Shown one piece after another: positions 45,084 to 51,146 of a stretch of 51,146 bases of DNA. The first letter of the stretch is position 1. Each line of letters begins with the position of its first letter. A program made the position numbers and the translations under genes. The notes below the pieces were generated by a model. The model was not told the origin of the DNA. It was given only the letters and a program-made list of their open reading frames with translations, and searched no databases. The stretch is from Candidatus Micrarchaeota archaeon (GTDB lineage Archaea > Micrarchaeota > Micrarchaeia > Anstonellales > Bilamarchaeaceae), in NCBI GenBank assembly GCA_030613375.1, contig JAUWMC010000002.1, positions 1 to 51,146 on the forward strand, given 5' to 3'.

Positions 45084-45224
45084 GGGTCTCACCCGTATTA
45101 TTTAGGAACGCGCGCGCTATATAAAGCTTTCTATTTTTACACGCGTTCGGTGAGATTCTGGCACATCTTTACGTCTGAGGGCAATTTTGGGACAGACGGG
45201 CAAAATAATCTGCTGAAAAACTGG

Positions 45225-45398
45225 TCATAATTGGCTTGGGTTCACTTCAACAGGAAATTCCTCAAGATAAAGCTCTGTTGCCTCCTTAGGGTTTGCAAGG
45301 GCCTCCTCGATTGTTTTTCCCTGGCTTGCCATACATATCTCTGGGCACTCGGCAACATACCTGTCCTCCTCCTTGTGAACCACTGCGCTGAATAACAT
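45225..45398 (-). pseudogene. hicB: Decayed HicB-family antitoxin (57 aa, frameshifted C-terminus) with only a trace of hicA downstream
   Basis: MLFSAVVHKEEDRYVAECPEICMASQGKTIEEALANPKEATELYLEE; the expected KPIMTSF tail lies in another frame; PKLP remnant follows. Confidence 0.75.
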
Positions 45399-45553
45399 AA
45401 CCTTACCCTGGATTTATTGCTCAACCCAGGTATAAATAACTTGCTAAACCGCATTTCCGCTGGTTTTGCGAGTGGAATTTGGTAACAGAAGCGGAAGAAC
45501 ACATAGCTCAAAAACCAGAAATATTTTTAAAGTTAGGCAACAAAGAGAAAAAT

Positions 45554-46576
45554 ATGAAAATCTCGATTTTTGTCTTGGTCTTGGTAGTTATGTCATCTTT
45601 CGTTTATTCTGCCATCATGCCCTTGAACACAGATATTTCCTCCGGTTGCTTGGAGTATGTTGAATTGGGTGGAAACCACATCATTGGAGAACCGGACATT
45701 TCTGAAGGATCAACCAAGATATACTCATACCGTTTTGAGTTTTATGTTCCAGAAGTAGATGCACATTTCGAAGATTTACGGTTAGAAGTCCGTAGAGATG
45801 GCGGATTTGAGACCTATGAATATTGTGCTGGACCAGTAGCAGCTATAGCAAAGGTCAATGACCTGAGGGCAGGGATAAGCGAAGGGGACAGAGGACAAAC
45901 ATATGTTTCCAGCGGATACGAATTCACCATCACATATGTTCACATCTACCCTGAAGAACAGTTGGTTGTTGGCGAAAATTCGGTTTACTTGGAGAATATG
46001 CCTGAAGTTGAAACGAAGTGCACCACCGGCAGTTGCAAAGACATGCCATATGAAAAAACAGGAATTTGTGCGTTTAATGTTTGCGGTTTTTATCCTGAGT
46101 TAAAAATTGAATCGGATGAACCTCCAGAATCTATTTATTCCAATGAAACATTCACTCTGGACATACAAATTTTGAACGGGGATGAAGTTGATGCTGGAGT
46201 TGTTACAATTGAGATAATTGACACGGATTTTGATGTAGAACCCAGAAAAACAACCCAACTCATCCAAAATAAAGGAGATGTTCCATTCAACAAGTTTGAA
46301 TACAAAGCCACATTTACTCCTGAGGGATATGTAGAACTTGAAACCGGGTTGGAATCTGTGCCAAAAAGAGCAGGTACGATTGCAGTAACTTTCACTGATT
46401 CCAATGATAACGAAAGGCAGTTCACAAAAGAGCTTGGGGCTATCACGATAATGGACCTGTCACCAGAGGAAGAAATGGATCGACCGAAAGCAGAAGAGCC
46501 AGAAGCCGCTGTGGAAAAAGGCTGCCTAGCAGCATTCATACTACTTCTCCCCCTAAGCTGTTACAAAAGAAGTTGA
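45554..46576 (+). CDS. Secreted acidic surface protein with an Ig/CARDB-like segment and a C-terminal Cys-hydrophobic-basic tail
   Basis: Signal peptide MKISIFVLVLVVMSSFVYS; ends KGCLAAFILLLPLSCYKRS. Confidence 0.8.
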   Translation: MKISIFVLVLVVMSSFVYSAIMPLNTDISSGCLEYVELGGNHIIGEPDISEGSTKIYSYRFEFYVPEVDAHFEDLRLEVRRDGGFETYEYCAGPVAAIAKVNDLRAGISEGDRGQTYVSSGYEFTITYVHIYPEEQLVVGENSVYLENMPEVETKCTTGSCKDMPYEKTGICAFNVCGFYPELKIESDEPPESIYSNETFTLDIQILNGDEVDAGVVTIEIIDTDFDVEPRKTTQLIQNKGDVPFNKFEYKATFTPEGYVELETGLESVPKRAGTIAVTFTDSNDNERQFTKELGAITIMDLSPEEEMDRPKAEEPEAAVEKGCLAAFILLLPLSCYKRS

Positions 46577-46632
46577 ACATCAGATTTATAAAGTTATATA
46601 TCCATTAGATAGTTACATATGGATGTGAGATT

Positions 46633-46866
46633 ATGGGAAATGTTTACATCTCGCTGGATGATGAGGATGAGGCAAAGCTGAGGAAGCTTGCCCAGGAAAA
46701 GTATGGGGGTAAGAAGGGTTCGCTTAGCGAAGCCGTTTCCGAAGCAATTGAAAATATGGAAAAACAAAGCAAAGATGAACTAAAAGACGAATTTTTCAGG
46801 AAGCTGGAGGAAGGAATAAGCTTCAAATACAAGATGTACCAAAGGCGGGCTGAGATTTATGACTAA
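46633..46866 (+). CDS. Ribbon-helix-helix antitoxin (VapB-like)
   Basis: MGNVYISLDDEDEAKLRKLA...KGSLSEAVSEAI; overlaps the PIN gene start. Confidence 0.8.
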   Translation: MGNVYISLDDEDEAKLRKLAQEKYGGKKGSLSEAVSEAIENMEKQSKDELKDEFFRKLEEGISFKYKMYQRRAEIYD

Positions 46867-47275
46867 AGTGCTCGTAGATACAAATATGCTGATTTACTCT
46901 GTGCAGAAGAGGGAGCAAAGACACAAAAAAGCAGTGGAAACAATAGAAAAATTGGTTAATGAAAAGAGAATGGTGATTAGCGCCCAGAACCTGGCGGAGT
47001 TTTCAAGGGTAGTAAGGGAGAAGGCGGAACCCGCTGTGGACCATGAAACAGTCAAGGAATACTTATTTGGCTTCATGAAATTTTCAACGGTTCTGGAATA
47101 TTCTGGAACTACAGTGATAGGTGCAGTATCCCTTTCCAAAACATACGGCATACATTTCTTTGATGCACTTCTTGCTGCAACAATGCAGGAAAACGGAGTC
47201 AAGGAAATTCTAACTGAAAATGAAAAGGATTTTGCTAAAGTAAAATGGATGAAAGCAACGAATCCGTTCAAGTAA
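46859..47275 (+). CDS. vapC: PIN-domain toxin (VapC family)
   Basis: VLVDTNMLIY, QNLAEF, FFDALLAA, TENEKDF. Confidence 0.9.
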   Translation: MTKVLVDTNMLIYSVQKREQRHKKAVETIEKLVNEKRMVISAQNLAEFSRVVREKAEPAVDHETVKEYLFGFMKFSTVLEYSGTTVIGAVSLSKTYGIHFFDALLAATMQENGVKEILTENEKDFAKVKWMKATNPFK

Positions 47276-47369
47276 TGGAGAAGTGGCGTAAAACAAGAAA
47301 GTAGCTTAACGCGGGTCATGTTTTTACAGAAATTTTTACCGCAGTGTAAAACAGCAGAAAAAAATTTCA

Positions 47370-47441
47370 TGGACTTGGGGGGAGTCGCACCCCCGGCCTC
47401 TCCCATGCCAAGGGAGCGCTCTACTACTGAGCTACAAGCCC
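47370..47441 (-). tRNA. tRNA-Ala(GGC) with atypical D- and T-loops
   Basis: G3:U70 pair; CTCCC-TTGGCAT-GGGAG anticodon arm; D-loop AGTAGTA; T-loop TGCGACT. Confidence 0.92.
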
Positions 47442-47489
47442 GGACAATTTGAAGGGCACGCAAAGCGATAAATGCGCTTCAATTTGGCC
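47442..47489 (-). ncRNA. Conserved hairpin against the tRNA-Ala 5' end (homologous to 19693..19746)
   Basis: GGCCAAATTGAAG...CTTCAAATTGTCC stem; inner TTTATCGCTTT. Confidence 0.6.
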
Positions 47490-47522
47490 CCGAGGTAAAA
47501 TATGAAGCTTCCTAGAAGAAAT

Positions 47523-47747
47523 CTAGGAAGGTGAGATATAAACAACGCTGTCTCCACGAAGGAGGCAGGTTCCGATTCCCTTCTTCACTTCATCATTTTC
47601 GAGAAGCTCAGTCTTTTCGAGCACGAGGTTCATGTGGACATCATATGCAGCGAGAATGCCGCGGAATGTCACTCCTCCCTTCAAACCGATAACAACGGTG
47701 TTGTTCAACGCATTATTCAAAACATCAAAAGGTCTTTTTTCTGTCAT
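47523..47747 (-). CDS. Sm-like archaeal protein (Lsm/SmAP)
   Basis: KRPFDVL, GILAAYDVHMNLVL, LLRGDSVVYISP; AGGTG SD. Confidence 0.93.
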   Translation of the reverse strand: MTEKRPFDVLNNALNNTVVIGLKGGVTFRGILAAYDVHMNLVLEKTELLENDEVKKGIGTCLLRGDSVVYISPS

Positions 47748-47831
47748 TCAGATACACCTGTAAGCGAACTTAAGTTCTATCGAAGTATTTTTAAACCGAT
47801 TTATGGGAGGCGGAAAACCAAAATATGAGGA

Positions 47832-48887
47832 TTATATGTACACATTATTCTGCAGGCTTGAATGCCTGCGCAAAGCAGAAGAGTTCTCCTCCCGGAAATA
47901 ATCCGAATAGCTTTCCTTGAGGAAGCCAACTACTTTCGGGAGCTGAAGAATCGACATGAACTCACCCCTGGTATTCTCAGGGAAGTGCCTTCCTTCAAAA
48001 CTATCTATCCAGAATTCCCTTGCCGCCCAGAGCATGGAGCCGAGTTTCGGGAGCTGATGTACCTTTGCAGCATAAACTTCGCGGCAAAGATCCTCCAATG
48101 CAGCAGACGCAACTTCAAGAGAGTCAGTCTCCAAAGTCATAAATAATGGAAGTGCAGCAATATCCTTTTTCCTGAAAAATAGCTTTCTTCCCAGTGCTTC
48201 AACCGGAATTTTAAGGCCGGTCTTGGAAAGGGAAAGATATTCTTCCCCTTCCCTATTTCTGCTCATGCGCTCTTCAAAGATGGAATTCAGAAAATCCATA
48301 ATCCGCTTGTTCACGCGAGGAAGAAGTTCGTCCTCCAGGCAAACAAAGTCATTCAGGCCTTCATTAACAGGTTCCATGTATGCTGAAACGGTTCCCTGGG
48401 CAGGGGCATCTGCAGGTTCCGGCTTGGGTTTGGGTTTTGGGGATTTTGGTTTGGGTTTAGAAGCCTTTTTCTTGGGTGCAGAAATCTGGGTTGGTTTCTT
48501 GGGCAAAGCCACATCTGCCTTCATATTGGAAGCTCCATGTAAACGCATTATGCGCCCCAATACGCCCAGGCCCTGGCCAGTAAGCTGGCGCCCGCTTGGG
48601 AAAAACCCGTAAGCATCGACATAGGTTTGCATAAGAAACCCAGCAACTTCTTTATCCCGGAAAAGAGGGTTGTGGATATCCCCTTCAAGAGGGCAGCCCA
48701 CCTGCTCTAAGGCGCTGAGCACTTTCATGTGGGCAGAAGGGTCAAGAAAACGTAGCGAAGAATCGGCACCCACTAAAGGTGAGTGCATTGGATATTTAGA
48801 ATCCTGGGCAGTGCGCAGGCTAACCTTGGGGGAACGCACTGGCGTTGCAACTACGCGAGAATTGTTCTTTGCACTAATAGCTGCCAT
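47832..48887 (-). CDS. Hypothetical protein with one HTH-like module and a Lys/Pro-rich linker
   Basis: ORF of about 351 aa; YGFFPSGRQLTGQGLGVLGRIMRLHG; KPKPKSPKPKPKPEP linker. Confidence 0.75.
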   Translation of the reverse strand: MAAISAKNNSRVVATPVRSPKVSLRTAQDSKYPMHSPLVGADSSLRFLDPSAHMKVLSALEQVGCPLEGDIHNPLFRDKEVAGFLMQTYVDAYGFFPSGRQLTGQGLGVLGRIMRLHGASNMKADVALPKKPTQISAPKKKASKPKPKSPKPKPKPEPADAPAQGTVSAYMEPVNEGLNDFVCLEDELLPRVNKRIMDFLNSIFEERMSRNREGEEYLSLSKTGLKIPVEALGRKLFFRKKDIAALPLFMTLETDSLEVASAALEDLCREVYAAKVHQLPKLGSMLWAAREFWIDSFEGRHFPENTRGEFMSILQLPKVVGFLKESYSDYFREENSSALRRHSSLQNNVYI

Positions 48888-48960
48888 AATGGTCACTCAA
48901 AAGTATAGATTATGTTAGGGAAGATAGTTTTTTAAGGGCGTATCCCTCCAGCCTTTTAAC

Positions 48961-49578
48961 TCACTTGGGGTTGTGCTTGATAATCACAATTTTCATTCCC
49001 TTCTGCAGAACAAAATCAGGCGCTGCGGGCTGGAACTGCTCCCCATCATAGATTGCAGCAATAGCCGCTTTCTCTTTTTCAGAAGCATCCGCAACAGTTT
49101 TGCCATCCAGAGAACCGCCAACTGCCTTCTCAACCATCTCAACTTGTGAAAAACGCGGGTCCAAAAGTAAAGTAATTACAGGATGCATAACCATGCTCGC
49201 AAGCTCGCGTGCAAGGGTCCATTCAGGAAGAAGGGGCTCCACACCAAGGCGTTTCATCAAGTTAGAATACTTGGGCTCGGATGCTCGGCAGATTACTCTT
49301 TTCGCGTTTGCATGCTTTGCGTAAAGCGAAACAAGGAAATTTGCTTCTTCGTGACCGGTAACTGCAAAAACGAAATCTGCTTCACCTAGCTTAAGGTCAT
49401 CGAGAAGCGCAGGGTCAGTAGTATCGCCATGAATTACGTTAAAATCTGATTCGCTTGCAAGACGATCGCAAACTTCTTTACTCTGGTCAACTACAGTCAA
49501 CTCGTGTTTCTTTTCCAACAATTTTGCAAGGTTAGTTCCAACCCTTCCAGCGCCAAATATCAAAACCTTCATATTCAT
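48961..49578 (-). CDS. trkA: TrkA potassium uptake NAD-binding subunit
   Basis: IFGAGRVG, VIHGD, AVTG, N-terminal RCK fold; ATGA overlap with trkH. Confidence 0.92.
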   Translation of the reverse strand: MNMKVLIFGAGRVGTNLAKLLEKKHELTVVDQSKEVCDRLASESDFNVIHGDTTDPALLDDLKLGEADFVFAVTGHEEANFLVSLYAKHANAKRVICRASEPKYSNLMKRLGVEPLLPEWTLARELASMVMHPVITLLLDPRFSQVEMVEKAVGGSLDGKTVADASEKEKAAIAAIYDGEQFQPAAPDFVLQKGMKIVIIKHNPK

Positions 49579-51026
49579 CTCCTCAGTATGTAACGGATAA
49601 GTGCGAGACTCGGGAAAATCTCTATACGACCTAAATACATCAAAGCAATTAAAAATATCTTCGTTCCCTGGGCCATTTCAGGAACCGGGATTATTGCAAG
49701 CCCTACATTGCCCATTGCAGAGGCAATCATGAACATGGAATCTTCAATTTCAAAATCTATTGCCATCAAAACCCCACATCCGAAAAGGAAGAGAAGCATG
49801 TATGCAAAAATGAATGTGGAACTCTCTACTATGAACTCCTCACTTATCGGATTTCCGTTGATTTTTACAATTTGTACAGAACCTACAGGAAGGAATGCGG
49901 ATTTTATATTGCGCATTATTGATTTGAGAACCACTAGGATTCTCCATAGTTTAATTCCACCTGTGGTTGAACCCATCATTCCTCCCATGAGCATGAGTAA
50001 GATGATTATGTAGGTAGGAAAGGCACTCATTATGGAGAGATCTCCGATTGCAAATCCTCCACATGCAATTGCAGAAACGGAATTAAGGAAAGTGTTGAAT
50101 ATTCCCTCGTGGCCAACTACGTAAATAAGGCCAACTGCCGTAACAGTAATGAGGACATAAAAGGCAAGTTCCTCATCAAAGAACGCTTCCTTGAATTTGC
50201 GGGCAAGCAGATTGCGGTAAAAGATGAAACTTGTTGCTCCCCCAAACATCAGGCTCGCAAGAATAATCTTCTGGGAATCATCAAAATCATATGAATCAAA
50301 TGGGAAGAATCCTCCATTGGAAACTCCTGCAAGAGTAAGGTTTACGGAATTGAGCGGATCGAATCCTACTGCATAAAGAAGCACGACGCCTACAAGGGTA
50401 AGGACAAGGTAAATCCCCCAAATATTTCCTGCGGTTTTGCTGATTCCCACATCAGTTGCAGTACGCCCTTCTGCCTTGAGGAAATGTTTTGCTTCTCTTC
50501 CCTTCATCACAGTAAGCATCAAAATGACGATTCCAAGGCCCCCTATCCACTGAGTTACGCTTCTATAGAGGATTATGCTTGGAGGAAGCCCATTCAGCGT
50601 AGGGAGCGCGGAGAGTCCGGTAGAGGTCCATCCGGAAATGGATTCAAAGTATGCGTCTACAGGCTCAAAAGTATAAGCAAGGTAAGGAATTGCGGAAATT
50701 GCGGGGATAATAAGCCATGCGGCGGATACGAGCGCAAGAATCTGCCCTAAAGTGAGTTCTGCAACCTCTTCCCTCATCTTGTCTAGATCCAGGAGATTTG
50801 CATAGTTAAATGGAGTATCGGGCTTGAAAATAGAAATAACGAAATTCTTTATGTTTTGGAATATGTGCTTGAGAATTTGGGGCACTGCGGGAAGGGCCAT
50901 CAAAAGTATCGTGAATGCGAGGGTTGCCCAAGCGCCATCTTCAAGGTAAATGCTGTAGCCTAGGGGTATAAGAAGCGGCAAAGATGCATAAAACATCAAA
51001 ACTGCAAGTCGCTTGAGGAACAGCAT
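49575..51026 (-). CDS. trkH: TrkH potassium uptake membrane protein
   Basis: FESISGWTSTG, QWIGGLG, GSTTGGIK, MGNVG, MYLGRIEI. Confidence 0.95.
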   Translation of the reverse strand: MLFLKRLAVLMFYASLPLLIPLGYSIYLEDGAWATLAFTILLMALPAVPQILKHIFQNIKNFVISIFKPDTPFNYANLLDLDKMREEVAELTLGQILALVSAAWLIIPAISAIPYLAYTFEPVDAYFESISGWTSTGLSALPTLNGLPPSIILYRSVTQWIGGLGIVILMLTVMKGREAKHFLKAEGRTATDVGISKTAGNIWGIYLVLTLVGVVLLYAVGFDPLNSVNLTLAGVSNGGFFPFDSYDFDDSQKIILASLMFGGATSFIFYRNLLARKFKEAFFDEELAFYVLITVTAVGLIYVVGHEGIFNTFLNSVSAIACGGFAIGDLSIMSAFPTYIIILLMLMGGMMGSTTGGIKLWRILVVLKSIMRNIKSAFLPVGSVQIVKINGNPISEEFIVESSTFIFAYMLLFLFGCGVLMAIDFEIEDSMFMIASAMGNVGLAIIPVPEMAQGTKIFLIALMYLGRIEIFPSLALIRYILRR

Positions 51027-51069
51027 CAGAATTCACTATCCTTAACTCTTTATATTCTTAACTCGCTCT

Positions 51070-51146
51070 TCAGGTTTTGAAGAAAGAGGAGATTTTCGAG
51101 AGCAAGCCTCCTTTTTCCTCTTTATTTTCCTCGTTATTCTCCCTTT
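51070..51146 (-). CDS. 3' end of a gene running in from beyond the window, ending in an amphipathic helix (MinD-type membrane-targeting-like)
   Basis: ...ENNEENKEEKGGLLSKISSFFKT*. Confidence 0.4.
   Translation of the reverse strand, partial: RENNEENKEEKGGLLSKISSFFKT

Noticed and set aside
44200..47369. att-site duplication of the tRNA-Ala 3' end
   Set aside because: No second copy of TGGACTTGGGGGG was found and there is no integrase.
1..51146. CRISPR array or cas genes (TnpB as Cas12f)
   Set aside because: No regularly spaced repeats were seen; the nuclease has an IS605-type right end and omegaRNA, so it is TnpB.

Overview
51-kb window of an archaeal chromosome. Evidence: archaeal GluRS, Hjc, Sm/Lsm, SMC, CCA-less tRNA genes, TATA boxes about 25-30 nt before ATG, and GGTG-type SD sites. 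The many orphan genes suggest a DPANN lineage such as Micrarchaeota, but that is inference. Housekeeping content: a dispersed Aeropyrum-type modified mevalonate pathway (IPK, UbiX, UbiD, Mth938-like, AcnX large and small subunits), DGGGP synthase, Hjc, DUF1998 helicase, GluRS, agmatinase, SlyD, SMC, MscS, Lsm, TrkA/TrkH, tRNA-Pro(CGG) and tRNA-Ala(GGC). Accessory content: a solo TnpB with an intact right end and omegaRNA, a VapBC pair, a decayed hicB and many orphans. Main observations: (1) a 992-aa protein with a bacterial sigma70-like core (regions 2-3-4) followed by about nine more tandem sigma-region-4 HTH domains, next to a 5-repeat putative DNA-binding protein, both lying inside the mevalonate cluster; (2) a conserved, covarying hairpin of about 50 nt directly against the 5' end of both tRNA genes; (3) a 2723-aa effector-like giant protein with a C-terminal PPP-family phosphatase; (4) two insertions in the mevalonate cluster bounded by 22-31 bp direct repeats, one creating a translationally coupled 40-aa ORF; (5) a five-hairpin array upstream of tnpB. 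No CRISPR array or rRNA was seen. All calls are by eye, without database searches.
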